Virus record (IMG/VR): IMGVR_UViG_3300047378_000694
Coordinates: 96,001-160,000 of that record
Reading direction: 5' to 3' (one strand)
Source: a virus
Length of the DNA stretch: 64,000 nt
Program-made: the position numbers and the translations under genes
The notes under the pieces: model-generated
Databases searched by the model: none
Told to the model about the DNA's origin: nothing
Seen by the model: only the letters and a program-made list of their open reading frames with translations
Shown: piece after piece, positions 18,751 through 28,364 of the stretch
Layout: the number at the start of each line of letters is the position of its first letter
How positions within the stretch are numbered: position 1 is the first letter of the stretch

Positions 18751-19913
18751 ATCTTGTCCAACCAATCAATAATATAAGAATTAAGATAATCTCGATAGTT
18801 TTGATTTCTATTTTTATCAAACTGCATTACTTCTTCTTTAATTTCTTTCCATTTGTCTTTATCGTAGTCATTGTACTTATTGTCTTCCATGCATTGCACT
18901 ATGTAGTTTTCAAGATTTTCAGTTTGATAAACTGTATCTAATATCATTTCTCTTGCCATAAGCAATATTGGTATTGGTAAATGACATATATCAATATTAC
19001 GTTTAGCAGGAAAAACATTTGTAATTATAAAATTGTTAATTGGATATTGTTTTGCCCAATACTGTGTGTTGCGTATATCTAACACATTATATATAGATAC
19101 TACATAATTAATTTGTGCTGTATATTTTTTTACTTTGTCAAAAAAATTCTTAAGGCTATTTTCTAATATTTGAAATGCAAAAGGGTATCTCACATATTCA
19201 TAAATTTTACGTACACCGTCAATACTAAATGTAACATTTACATGTTTAAACTTGCTTAATCTATCTACATTAGCATTATTAAATTTTGTAGCATTAGTGT
19301 GTAGTTCTAAAGTAATATTATGTGCTAGATTATTTTCTATACAATAATCCAGCAACTCTAAATATTCATTTGATAACAAAGGCTCGCCACCGCTGACACG
19401 TATATTTGTTATTTTGTGTAGTACAGGATACAACACAGAAATATCATGCGGAGCAATATCAGGAACACTATCCCACCAATATTTGTAACCATCTTGTTTA
19501 AATTTTTCTGCATCTTTGTTGAGTTGATTGCTCAATGCCGGATGACACATTCTACATCTAAGATTGCACTTATTACCTAAGTGTATATCTAGCCATTCTA
19601 GTTCATTGTTTACATTTGTATCTAACATTAGTCTAGGACTAGTTCCGTGCTTTTCTGCTTCATAGCAACCATTGCAAGCCTTTGGATATTCTCCATTTAG
19701 CATTTGTGTACGAATATTTTGCAGTTGCGGTAGATCGAATAATTTCTCTACATCATTGTGTATATCTTTTGCTGTGTTTAACGGATCAGGGTTCAACGGA
19801 CTTGCCATATTGCAGCAAGGATTTACACACTGAATACCTTTGCTATTCCAATGACTAATAGCAAGTTGTTTAAAAGGATAATAACAATATGAATTATCTT
19901 TAGAAGGTATCAT
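18747..19913 (-). CDS. Radical SAM protein with N-terminal SPASM/twitch-like domain
   Basis: CYYPF...NPCC...CNGC; CNLRCRMC; SGGEP; HTN; FSIDG; start moved to ATG 19913 to avoid a 130-nt overlap. Confidence 0.88.
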   Translation of the reverse strand: MIPSKDNSYCYYPFKQLAISHWNSKGIQCVNPCCNMASPLNPDPLNTAKDIHNDVEKLFDLPQLQNIRTQMLNGEYPKACNGCYEAEKHGTSPRLMLDTNVNNELEWLDIHLGNKCNLRCRMCHPALSNQLNKDAEKFKQDGYKYWWDSVPDIAPHDISVLYPVLHKITNIRVSGGEPLLSNEYLELLDYCIENNLAHNITLELHTNATKFNNANVDRLSKFKHVNVTFSIDGVRKIYEYVRYPFAFQILENSLKNFFDKVKKYTAQINYVVSIYNVLDIRNTQYWAKQYPINNFIITNVFPAKRNIDICHLPIPILLMAREMILDTVYQTENLENYIVQCMEDNKYNDYDKDKWKEIKEEVMQFDKNRNQNYRDYLNSYIIDWLDKI

Positions 19914-21285
19914 TTGCTTCCTTGCATAGCGCAAAGAAGTCTGCCATTTCCGGAAATGTTTTTTCAAAATCGAGATTGCGTCTGCGATCATGTTCCTTGA
20001 AAAAGTTCCAAAAATCTTTGCGACCTTCACGTACTTTGTTTACATCATAAGTTGTATTTTTCATGTAGTCAACTACTCGGCGAAACTTTTCATATTCCAT
20101 TTCGCTAAAATGTTCTTTACTGCCTTCTTTGGTGTTATCTTTAATAAATTGTAAATGACTTTCCATGTACGGCAAATACGTTTCTTTAGGCAAAATATTA
20201 ATATCGTGCTGCAAAGGCTCTTTTAGATAAGGAGTATCAAAGTGTATACGCTGCCAACGTCCACTATCTACATTATTATACTTACGTCTTTGTTCTAATA
20301 TTTTTTCTAGCAATGTTTCAAATGTTGTTACACTAAACAAACTAAACGTAATCATATATGTTACTGGTGCTGTTGTGCTTTGCATAAAATAATCAAAGTT
20401 GCGTTCAAACACATTAAGATCAAGTCCGTCTCTAATATACTCAGCACGTTCGTTCCATGTGTCTAAACTTGTAAACAACTTAAATGATTTAATTTTATTT
20501 TGTGTAAGCAAACTGTTCACACTATCAGTAAACTTAGCCAGCTGACGTTCTTTGCCGCCAAAGTTACTGTTTACATTAAGTTCAAGATTTGGCTTAGGTT
20601 CTTTTTCAAGTTCGTCAAATAGTCTATATGTACTTTTTTGCATCGTAGGCTCACCGCCTGTAACACGTAAAATGTTTAGTGTTTTACTAACTTCAGGCCA
20701 CCAGTTCCACCATGCACGTACATATGGATTGCTGTCTTCTTCATATACTTTAAACCAGTCAACATCGCATCTATGATTCTTTGCCATATCGTAAGGACCG
20801 TGTTGTCTAATTTCTTGGTGAAAGCGACTGCTTGCTTTTGGATGACAATAACTACACCGGAAGTTACACTCATTACCAAACGAAACTTCAATATACTCAG
20901 GATTTACATTAAAGTCCCAAGGATTAAATTTAATTTCTTGCAAACGTTGTTCGTTATAGATACTACCACTGCGAATGTGTCTATCACTAATATAGTCATC
21001 GCCCATATTTTCAATATTCCAGCAATAGTTACAACCAACACATTGCTTGCCTTCTAACATCTCTTTGCGTTCTTGTTTTTTATGTTTGGTGTTGTGTAAC
21101 GCACTTGGATTGGTTAACAGTTCGTCAACATCGATCTTGTGTGGTGCTGGATGATAACAACTATGTGTTTCACCTGTTTGTAAATATATTGTTGTATGAT
21201 ACCATTTTGCAAAACAAAAAGTCGGCGAAAAATGCCGAGTAGTAATATCATTAATGTGTTTTACTCTATCTGTTTGATTTGACAT
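19900..21285 (-). CDS. Radical SAM protein with N-terminal SPASM/twitch-like domain
   Basis: CFAKW...HSCYHP...GCNYC; CNFRCSYC; TGGEP; NSN; TSLD. Confidence 0.9.
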   Translation of the reverse strand: MSNQTDRVKHINDITTRHFSPTFCFAKWYHTTIYLQTGETHSCYHPAPHKIDVDELLTNPSALHNTKHKKQERKEMLEGKQCVGCNYCWNIENMGDDYISDRHIRSGSIYNEQRLQEIKFNPWDFNVNPEYIEVSFGNECNFRCSYCHPKASSRFHQEIRQHGPYDMAKNHRCDVDWFKVYEEDSNPYVRAWWNWWPEVSKTLNILRVTGGEPTMQKSTYRLFDELEKEPKPNLELNVNSNFGGKERQLAKFTDSVNSLLTQNKIKSFKLFTSLDTWNERAEYIRDGLDLNVFERNFDYFMQSTTAPVTYMITFSLFSVTTFETLLEKILEQRRKYNNVDSGRWQRIHFDTPYLKEPLQHDINILPKETYLPYMESHLQFIKDNTKEGSKEHFSEMEYEKFRRVVDYMKNTTYDVNKVREGRKDFWNFFKEHDRRRNLDFEKTFPEMADFFALCKEANDTF

Positions 21286-22214
21286 TATCGACCTTTGCGT
21301 GGTATCCTTGACGGATTTTGATATAGTGTTTTAAAGAAATGACTTTGCTGTGCATTTAGACATTCTTCGGCAATCGGAATTTCAAGTTCGTTAATTAACA
21401 TACTTCCAAGTTCTTCAATTGTTTCATTTAGATTTTCTTCAGTTACTTCTAACGATTCCCAATACCGATTGAGCCATTCAAAGTCACGAACATTTACAAA
21501 GTCCCAATCTGTACACATTGTTTTGTATAAGCCTTCTCTAGCACCGTATATTGCCCAACGTCCGTTTTCTGCATCTGCGCCAATCATTAGCCAGACATAC
21601 AATCGGTGTAAGTTTTTCCAATGATTTTTCTTAAACGCATCTACACTAGGCTTCATGCCTCTATCAAGTGCCATTTTAACACCTTCTCTAAATCCGGCAC
21701 GCCATGCTTGGTGTGGTGTATGATTATTCATAATTTCACTGTGGCACTGATTAATCTGGATATATTCCATATCCCAACAAAAGTCAACTTGTGCATGTGG
21801 ATTATTTGGGTCTGCATTTTCATGTGTGCGCATGTTAAGCACTTTTTCTTTAGGCCAACACTTAATACCGCCATTGCCATACATTAATCCGTTGATAGTG
21901 TTTTTTGCACTCCAACTTACTACACAGTCTTCAAACTTAATTGCCTTATTCCAATGTGCATCTTCGTGTGAATCTAAATCAAACTCTCTGCCAAGAAACT
22001 CTGCATTAACAATATTATCGCCATCAATAGTAATAAAGCGATCAGTTTCGCTTAGTTCGGCACAAGCCTTGTGTGCAGCGTCTGAGCCTTCGACTCCATG
22101 CACACGTTTAGCCCAAGGAACTTTACTACACAAATCTGCATAATTTTTTTCTGCATTTGGCTCGTCATAACTTAGATAAATGATATCATAATCTAAAATA
22201 CGGAATTTGCTCAT
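21285..22214 (-). CDS. GT-A fold (GT2-like) glycosyltransferase
   Basis: DIIYLSYDE start, AHKACA, FITIDGDN (DxD), YGNGG, AWRAGFREGVK. Confidence 0.6.
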   Translation of the reverse strand: MSKFRILDYDIIYLSYDEPNAEKNYADLCSKVPWAKRVHGVEGSDAAHKACAELSETDRFITIDGDNIVNAEFLGREFDLDSHEDAHWNKAIKFEDCVVSWSAKNTINGLMYGNGGIKCWPKEKVLNMRTHENADPNNPHAQVDFCWDMEYIQINQCHSEIMNNHTPHQAWRAGFREGVKMALDRGMKPSVDAFKKNHWKNLHRLYVWLMIGADAENGRWAIYGAREGLYKTMCTDWDFVNVRDFEWLNRYWESLEVTEENLNETIEELGSMLINELEIPIAEECLNAQQSHFFKTLYQNPSRIPRKGR

Positions 22215-22783
22215 AGTAAAACCTCGTGATAATATTCTTCGAATCTCTTTATAGTATAAATGCTAATTGCATTTGCGTCAAGTTCTAAATCACTTGAAAA
22301 TTCAAATTTAAGAACATCGTTTGCTAAATCGGCTGTGTTAACACTAATAAACTGATGCAGTACATGCGGATCATTTTTATTTGTAATACTAAATCCTAAC
22401 TGACTTTTATATACAAGTTTACCTTTGCGTAAATTATCAGATATAGCTTCGTCAAGTTTTATTTGCCAACAACTATTTTTTATATCTTGTGTAATAGTAA
22501 TATCAGGACGAGATAAGGAAATATTTGGAATTTGATATATTTGATCGTTAATATCAAACCGATGTTCGTCTTCGATAAATCGATGCATTAATTTATGTGC
22601 TTTTGTTAAATTATCAAATATTACAACATAATTACTTACAACTTCTTTGCCAGTAATTAAATTAGCAACTTCGTCATAGTCAACTTTGATATAATTACTA
22701 CCCTCCTTGAAACTGTTGCCAATTTGAGTAATTGAGCCTTCTTCATCGAAATATACATATCGTGTTGTTGATAATTGTAGCAT
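22211..22783 (-). CDS. Hypothetical protein
   Basis: 190-aa ORF whose start and stop overlap both neighbours. Confidence 0.75.
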   Translation of the reverse strand: MLQLSTTRYVYFDEEGSITQIGNSFKEGSNYIKVDYDEVANLITGKEVVSNYVVIFDNLTKAHKLMHRFIEDEHRFDINDQIYQIPNISLSRPDITITQDIKNSCWQIKLDEAISDNLRKGKLVYKSQLGFSITNKNDPHVLHQFISVNTADLANDVLKFEFSSDLELDANAISIYTIKRFEEYYHEVLL

Positions 22784-23625
22784 TATATTCCTAGTTGTGT
22801 TTCGTATGTTTTTATAATTTTTTCATTACAAAAATTATCTTCTGTATAATGAAAAATACCTTTTTGTGTGTAATTTCCAATTGTTAGTTGACACTTGTTA
22901 TTTAAGTAAACACCTAGCTGTTGTTGCCAGTTGTTGACATATAATTTATCCCAATTTTGGTTGTGTAATTTCATGTGAGTGAACGTAGGATAACTTGTGT
23001 TTAGTGTAACGTTGTGTTCGCATCCTAAAATTTTTGTAGCAATTGCACAACTGACGTCCATACTTGGCCATTTTTGGAAATACTTACCGCCGGCATATTG
23101 CCCATAAAATAGTTCCCAATTGTGCATAATAAGTTCAACTAATTTAAAAAATTCATGTGCAGTATTGCTTTTTTTAAACCAATGACACCCAACATATATA
23201 TTAGGCAAATGATGATTTCTAAATGCTTTTCTGTAATATGTATTATCAGCTATATCGCCACGGTATGTCAACACCTTATTTACAAAATACAAATCTTTGT
23301 TTTTCATTAAATCGTGCCAATGTGAAATATCAGATAACACCAGCATATCAGTATCAATTACTACTGTTTCATCAAATGGAGTCGCATGATATATTTTCCA
23401 TCTATTTTCAATTTTCCATTGACTGCTTTCAGCTTCGTCTTTCCACGGAATGTCAACAACATGATCAAATAACTGTTTGTATTTTTCTGGAATCTTGTCG
23501 TTTGTAATTAGTGCAATTTTACTTTTTGGATTTGTTAGTTTAATGCTCATAGCTGCAACACTAGCTTGTTGTACGTAATCAACTTCGCTATTTTGTGCAA
23601 ACATTGTAAAATTAATACTCATCAA
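22783..23625 (-). CDS. GT-A fold glycosyltransferase (GT8/mannosyltransferase-like)
   Basis: AMSIK..NP...IALIT, FDHVV, TPFDETVVIDTDML (DxD), MDVS, FTHMK. Confidence 0.65.
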   Translation of the reverse strand: MMSINFTMFAQNSEVDYVQQASVAAMSIKLTNPKSKIALITNDKIPEKYKQLFDHVVDIPWKDEAESSQWKIENRWKIYHATPFDETVVIDTDMLVLSDISHWHDLMKNKDLYFVNKVLTYRGDIADNTYYRKAFRNHHLPNIYVGCHWFKKSNTAHEFFKLVELIMHNWELFYGQYAGGKYFQKWPSMDVSCAIATKILGCEHNVTLNTSYPTFTHMKLHNQNWDKLYVNNWQQQLGVYLNNKCQLTIGNYTQKGIFHYTEDNFCNEKIIKTYETQLGI

Positions 23626-24454
23626 TCATCCTATTCAAACTAAATTTATTCATGATATGAACATTACAATCCTTTATGTAAAGCGGAAAATAATCTACTC
23701 TATCTTTCTTTTGCATCAATAACTTAATAGTATTATCCTTAATTTCATAACATACATCTTTATCAGTTGAATAATACTTTTTACCAGGCATTTGTCCAAT
23801 AAAGTTTCCTGACATATGTCCGTTGAGTATATGTGCTGCAATACTAAATGCAAAGTCATTTCTAAATGTTAATGATTGTATTCTATATAGATTACGATAG
23901 TGTGCCCAATTATCTTTTATATGTGTAACTAAATTAAAGTACATTTTAGTTTTTGGAGATTTTTTAAAATAGATAATAGTTGCCCAATAAAAATCAATAC
24001 CGTTAGGAGAAATGTGATTAAATTCAGCAGTATCTCGCCAACCCGATAAATCAACTGCATCTTTGTACAACAAAAGATCATTATGTTGTTCGAAGCAATG
24101 TTTTAGTGTATCATTACATAATATGTAATCAGTGTCCATTACGATAGTTTCGTCATAAGGAGACAGATCGTAAACTTTATCTCGACTAGCATTTTTCCAT
24201 TGTAACTTATATTCTGTATGAGCACCGTCTCGAAATGTTTTATAATTGTTTATACTAGAATTGTCAATTTCAACGATGTTATCAAACACAGATACTTTAT
24301 CTTTATAATTTTCATAAAGATATCCACTGTTACTTGTAACTAGAGTAACAGGTATTTCTAAGTAGTTTTTTATTCGTTCTGCACAAAATATTGCTTGTTT
24401 TATATAATCGACTTGATTGTTATTACATGCAATTAAAAGAGCACCTTTGCTCAT
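23612..24454 (-). CDS. GT-A fold glycosyltransferase (GT8/mannosyltransferase-like), paralogue of neighbour
   Basis: FDNIV, SPYDETIVMDTDY (DxD), FRNDFAFSIA, HIMNK. Confidence 0.65.
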   Translation of the reverse strand: MSKGALLIACNNNQVDYIKQAIFCAERIKNYLEIPVTLVTSNSGYLYENYKDKVSVFDNIVEIDNSSINNYKTFRDGAHTEYKLQWKNASRDKVYDLSPYDETIVMDTDYILCNDTLKHCFEQHNDLLLYKDAVDLSGWRDTAEFNHISPNGIDFYWATIIYFKKSPKTKMYFNLVTHIKDNWAHYRNLYRIQSLTFRNDFAFSIAAHILNGHMSGNFIGQMPGKKYYSTDKDVCYEIKDNTIKLLMQKKDRVDYFPLYIKDCNVHIMNKFSLNRMIDEY

Positions 24455-24795
24455 GTTTCGATAATACCTTCAACTGATCTATTTGATATAAGTTTGTCGT
24501 ATTCGACAAAGTACTTGTTGCTTGCTTGAAAGTATGTGTTACTAATACCTTCTTGAAAATTATCAATTTCTACATTTACTGGAATGTTATTATTGTCAGT
24601 AATTACAATTTCGTCTTGACCAGAATTTTTCATTGAATAACAAAATGTAATCAACTCCTTCGTAGCTGTAAAAGTTCCACCTTTATAATAATAAAGTAAA
24701 TCTTCTTGATATTTTTCTTTTAATATGCGCCGCTGATTGTCTAGAGTAATCATATAATTACTAAATTCAAGTGCTTTTTGTAGCCGTTCGTCCAT
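24451..24795 (-). CDS. Small hypothetical protein heading the glycosyltransferase/radical SAM operon
   Basis: 114-aa ORF with GGAG RBS, directly downstream of a consensus sigma70 promoter. Confidence 0.75.
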   Translation of the reverse strand: MDERLQKALEFSNYMITLDNQRRILKEKYQEDLLYYYKGGTFTATKELITFCYSMKNSGQDEIVITDNNNIPVNVEIDNFQEGISNTYFQASNKYFVEYDKLISNRSVEGIIET

Positions 24796-24817
24796 TACAA
24801 ATCTCCATTATCGTTTT

Positions 24818-24846
24818 ATTATATACGATAAATGAACAAATGTCAA
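24818..24846 (-). promoter_or_regulatory. Consensus sigma70-type promoter
   Basis: Minus strand reads TTGACA(24846-24841)-17 nt-TATAAT(24823-24818). Confidence 0.85.
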
Positions 24847-24849
24847 CGA

Positions 24850-25884
24850 TTATTCTGGTTGTGGATTTGCGTCTTCGAGTGTGTGTATGTTTGTAATATT
24901 AGTGCCATTTACAGGACCTGTATTATCTACCGCAGTATAGGTTGCACTATTGTAAGTAAATGAACTGTCAGCATCATATGTAGTTACAGAACTATTAAGT
25001 GTACCGTTTACTGTTTCGTCAATTGGATCGTCATCGCCGCCTGGATCAACACCTTGGCCACCTGTACCAGTATCGCCATCAACAAAGCGAATTTTTAAAC
25101 GTAGTTTGTCAGCAGTAAAATATCCAAGTATATCATAACGGTTATCTGAGTATACTCCACTGCCCGTTTTACGAAACAGTATTCTGTATTCAGTTGTTGA
25201 AAGGTCTTTTAACCCTCTGTATACTGTTCCTGAATCGGCACTAGTATTGCATTTATCTATTTTAATTGTACCACAGGCCGATAGTAGATCAGCCCAGTCT
25301 AACGACTTAGCTCCAGATGCGCCTGTGAGAGAAGGATTGAAATAAATGCGTCCGCCGCTGTCAATCCATTTTTGCATACGATTTGCAGTACTAAAATTAA
25401 TTGTCAAAATGTGATGCAGTGTAGCATTATTTGCAGCTACACCCCAATTTGAAGTTCTTCCGGCGCCGGCACTAGCAGCAAGAGCAAAACTAGCATCAGG
25501 AAATCTTAGATGGTCTGCATCAACACTAAACGAAAATGCTTCAATGCTAGTTGCTACTGCTTCGTAATCGTTATAACCCATTTGTGCAGAGTTTGCTACT
25601 GCACTTTGAGATCCATCAGATTGATCATGTGCTAAAGAAGTATCTGCGCCAATTGTTTGTCCAGTTGCCGGAGGTGTAAGTGCAGGCAAGCTATCATTTT
25701 GATGCACGTATGCACTGGTTAGATCTAAAAATAAATTAACATGCTCATCATCTTCAACAGTAGTATCGTCTACTTGATCAGCACAACGTATTGTCTGACC
25801 GTACAAGGTGTCATACACATTATCAACCGAGTCTTTGATACTATTGTAGTTTGCTGCTGTAATTGATCCACCGACAGCTACCAT
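24850..25884 (-). CDS. Putative virion structural (tail/baseplate-associated) protein
   Basis: G/S/T/D-rich; paralogue of next ORF (MAVG..I....YN.I; DLT.AY.HQN.SLPALT; SGG); last gene of tail operon. Confidence 0.6.
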   Translation of the reverse strand: MVAVGGSITAANYNSIKDSVDNVYDTLYGQTIRCADQVDDTTVEDDEHVNLFLDLTSAYVHQNDSLPALTPPATGQTIGADTSLAHDQSDGSQSAVANSAQMGYNDYEAVATSIEAFSFSVDADHLRFPDASFALAASAGAGRTSNWGVAANNATLHHILTINFSTANRMQKWIDSGGRIYFNPSLTGASGAKSLDWADLLSACGTIKIDKCNTSADSGTVYRGLKDLSTTEYRILFRKTGSGVYSDNRYDILGYFTADKLRLKIRFVDGDTGTGGQGVDPGGDDDPIDETVNGTLNSSVTTYDADSSFTYNSATYTAVDNTGPVNGTNITNIHTLEDANPQPE

Positions 25885-25885
25885 G

Positions 25886-26818
25886 CTATACTCCTAGTGT
25901 TTGTGTATTTGTATAAACCGGAGATACAACTTCAACATAGTCGCTTGATAATGCGTTTGAATAAGTTGCACGTTGTTGTTCTACAATACTTCTAAATGTG
26001 CCGCCTACTGGTTCGTCAATGCCAGAAGCACCATTGCCTGGATCTAATGGTTCTCCGTCAGTGTACGATACTTTAAAAGTTATTTTAGTTGATGTACTAT
26101 TCATTTTTGCTTGATAGGTGATATTATTATTTTCATATGCACCTGCTCCTGGTTCGTAATACCATATATTAACATAGTTTCCGCCTGGTGTCAAGTCATA
26201 AGCACCAATATTATAATCAGTACCAGAGCCAGCAACTGTATCTGTATAACTAAACTTTACAACTCCTACAGTAGTGCAGATGCTATTCCAGTTTGAATAT
26301 TTTGCACCAGATCCATCAGATATTGACGAGCGAGTTCTTACTTCGCCGCCACTATTAAAAAATGCACGTAACTGATCAGCATTACTAAAAGTTACTTCCC
26401 ATTCGTGTATAATGACAGGAGTTCCAGGCTGCCCCCAATCAGTGCTGCGGTTTACTGCTAGTTTAGATTCAGTTGATACTTGATTAATATTATAGCTTAA
26501 GGCATTGGTTTCAACGTCAACTGCAATTGATTCGTATTCGGCGTATACACTATCAGTAATATCGTCACTTGTAACAATATCAGTTAACGCCGGAAGACTA
26601 TTATTTTGATGTGCATATGCTTTTGTTAAATCAGTTTTAAGAGTTTGCATATGAGTAGAATTAACCACAGTTGGGCTATTATTTACATTTGTAGGCAAGC
26701 TACTACTTGAAACAGCTTGTCCATATCCAAATGTTGTTGATCCGATACCCAATACTTTGCTTGCTCTTGCTTGTATTTGATTGTACCTTGCAACAGAGAT
26801 AATATCTCCGACAGCCAT
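25886..26818 (-). CDS. Putative virion structural (tail/baseplate-associated) protein
   Basis: Paralogue of 24850-25884; preceded by TATAAATA and AGGAG RBS. Confidence 0.6.
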   Translation of the reverse strand: MAVGDIISVARYNQIQARASKVLGIGSTTFGYGQAVSSSSLPTNVNNSPTVVNSTHMQTLKTDLTKAYAHQNNSLPALTDIVTSDDITDSVYAEYESIAVDVETNALSYNINQVSTESKLAVNRSTDWGQPGTPVIIHEWEVTFSNADQLRAFFNSGGEVRTRSSISDGSGAKYSNWNSICTTVGVVKFSYTDTVAGSGTDYNIGAYDLTPGGNYVNIWYYEPGAGAYENNNITYQAKMNSTSTKITFKVSYTDGEPLDPGNGASGIDEPVGGTFRSIVEQQRATYSNALSSDYVEVVSPVYTNTQTLGV

Positions 26819-26841
26819 ACGATTCTCCTATTTTATGTGTA

Positions 26842-26849
26842 TATTTATA
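26842..26849 (-). promoter_or_regulatory. T4-type late promoter TATAAATA
   Basis: Exact T4 late consensus overlapping the stop codon of the upstream gene, 24 nt before ATG 26818. Confidence 0.7.
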
Positions 26850-28338
26850 CCTTTAAAATACACTCTACTAATTTTTCGGCTTCGTCGCTGTTTGTTTCTA
26901 ATGCTACACCTACTAACGATCCACCGTTGATTGCAGTATTTGCACATCCATTATCGTGTACATATACTGCCTGTCCTTTTTTAACTGGTCCAGTAATACG
27001 CACCGGAACACGGCCTTTAAGACCAATGTATTGTCCTTCGGCTTCACTATTCATCATAATTGCAGGGTCAGTTGATACAACACCTATTGCTATACAACCC
27101 ATACTAGTTGCTTCTACTTCATACTCTTCGTGTGAAGAAACACAAACTACTGTTCCAGGAATTAATTCTTCTGCTGTTGTATACTTTTCTGCTAAATCAG
27201 CATAACGTGCCTGTGTTGCTGTTCCAGTAAAAATATTTGCAGTTAAATTACCGCTTGCATCTCTGGCTGCAATTGTATTATTATTTGCACTAGTCGACGC
27301 ACTTCGATAATTTCCTGATACTTCTAGTGTATTTGCTTGTGTTGCTGTTCCAGTAAATGTTGTAGCATACATATTAACTAATGGGTTAGATGATGTGCCT
27401 ATGGTACTAGTTGTAATTCCAGGAAAAATTGCTGTATCTGTAATTATCCAACGATCAGAATCAGCATTGTTTGAGATACGTATTTCGTCTCTATGCATTT
27501 GCATTCTTGGTGTTTCATTGTCTGCGCCAATTTTTACTGTTAAGTCAGTGCCATCGCCTAATGTAAATCCAGCATCGCTAAAATTTGCAATGCTGCTAAA
27601 GTTTAACGAGCCAGTCTGAACAAAATCACTTGGACTGTATGTGTTTGTTCCGTCAGTAAGTTTTAGTGATGCGCTTGATGTACCCCAATAATAATTTACA
27701 TTACCCCTTGAGTCGGTGTTTGATTTACCCGAAACATCAACTGCTCTTAGTGTATATCCTGCTTTGATAGTAGTCCAATCACTCGATGACCATTCATCAC
27801 TTAGTTCAGGTTGCGTAGCATTTACTGTAAATTCTGCCTCGCTAATTATTCCAACAATAAAATCATCTGCATATGCTGCAATTACATTACGATCAACATT
27901 TGCACTATCTTTAAGTTTGATTGTTTTCATTTCAGTTACTTGAGCAGCAGTTGCCTGCGGTCCAATTAAGTTCCATTCATTGTTTGAATTTTTACCATAT
28001 AACTGATTGGTTGTAGAATTCCACCATAGATCACCTTCTGCAAAACCTACAGGCTGCAAATCACTGACTTCGGCACCAGCTGTTGTTTTAAAATTAGTTC
28101 CATCATATACTTTTAATCTTTCAGCAGTTGCATCATACCATAGTTGGCCTGTAATTGCTTTTGTAGGTGCAGCAGTTCCTTGGAAGTTTTCTAGTAAGAA
28201 TAAAAAGTTTTCGTTTTGTTGCTCGCCATAACCAGCAAAGTTTTTACCAATTAACTTTAATTCGGTCGTGTTATCAACTGTTCCATCTTCAACTGTAACT
28301 AGTTGTGAACCATTATATTTGTTAATTATATAAGCCAT
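26845..28338 (-). CDS. Tail fibre-like protein with C-terminal intramolecular-chaperone/peptidase G2-like domain
   Basis: N-terminal LIGKNFAGYGE..NENFLFLLENF..GQLWYD module; FTGTATQA repeated twice; C-terminal YADLAEKY..PGTVV..GVVSTDPA..GRVPV. Confidence 0.65.
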   Translation of the reverse strand: MAYIINKYNGSQLVTVEDGTVDNTTELKLIGKNFAGYGEQQNENFLFLLENFQGTAAPTKAITGQLWYDATAERLKVYDGTNFKTTAGAEVSDLQPVGFAEGDLWWNSTTNQLYGKNSNNEWNLIGPQATAAQVTEMKTIKLKDSANVDRNVIAAYADDFIVGIISEAEFTVNATQPELSDEWSSSDWTTIKAGYTLRAVDVSGKSNTDSRGNVNYYWGTSSASLKLTDGTNTYSPSDFVQTGSLNFSSIANFSDAGFTLGDGTDLTVKIGADNETPRMQMHRDEIRISNNADSDRWIITDTAIFPGITTSTIGTSSNPLVNMYATTFTGTATQANTLEVSGNYRSASTSANNNTIAARDASGNLTANIFTGTATQARYADLAEKYTTAEELIPGTVVCVSSHEEYEVEATSMGCIAIGVVSTDPAIMMNSEAEGQYIGLKGRVPVRITGPVKKGQAVYVHDNGCANTAINGGSLVGVALETNSDEAEKLVECILKV

Positions 28339-28364
28339 GTATATCTACCCTTTTTATGTTACAG

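Noticed and set aside
1374-21285. RiPP (sactipeptide/ranthipeptide) cluster or anaerobic sulfatase maturation as the role of the radical SAM genes
   Set aside because: No short precursor ORF fits between the overlapping genes; no RRE domain, peptidase, transporter or sulfatase in the window; neighbours are sugar enzymes
1-24795. Bacterial O-antigen/capsule locus or host contamination
   Set aside because: No membrane proteins (Wzx, Wzy, Wzc, initiating transferase); shares the TAAATA motif and gene packing of the phage structural region and is contiguous with it
1-24795. Known DNA hypermodification pathways (7-deazaguanine, hmC/hmU glycosylation, dZ)
   Set aside because: No recognisable QueC/QueD/FolE/DpdA, dCMP/dUMP hydroxymethylase or PurZ here, and none of the radical SAMs looks like a short QueE. 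DNA as substrate is not excluded, only unsupported in this window.
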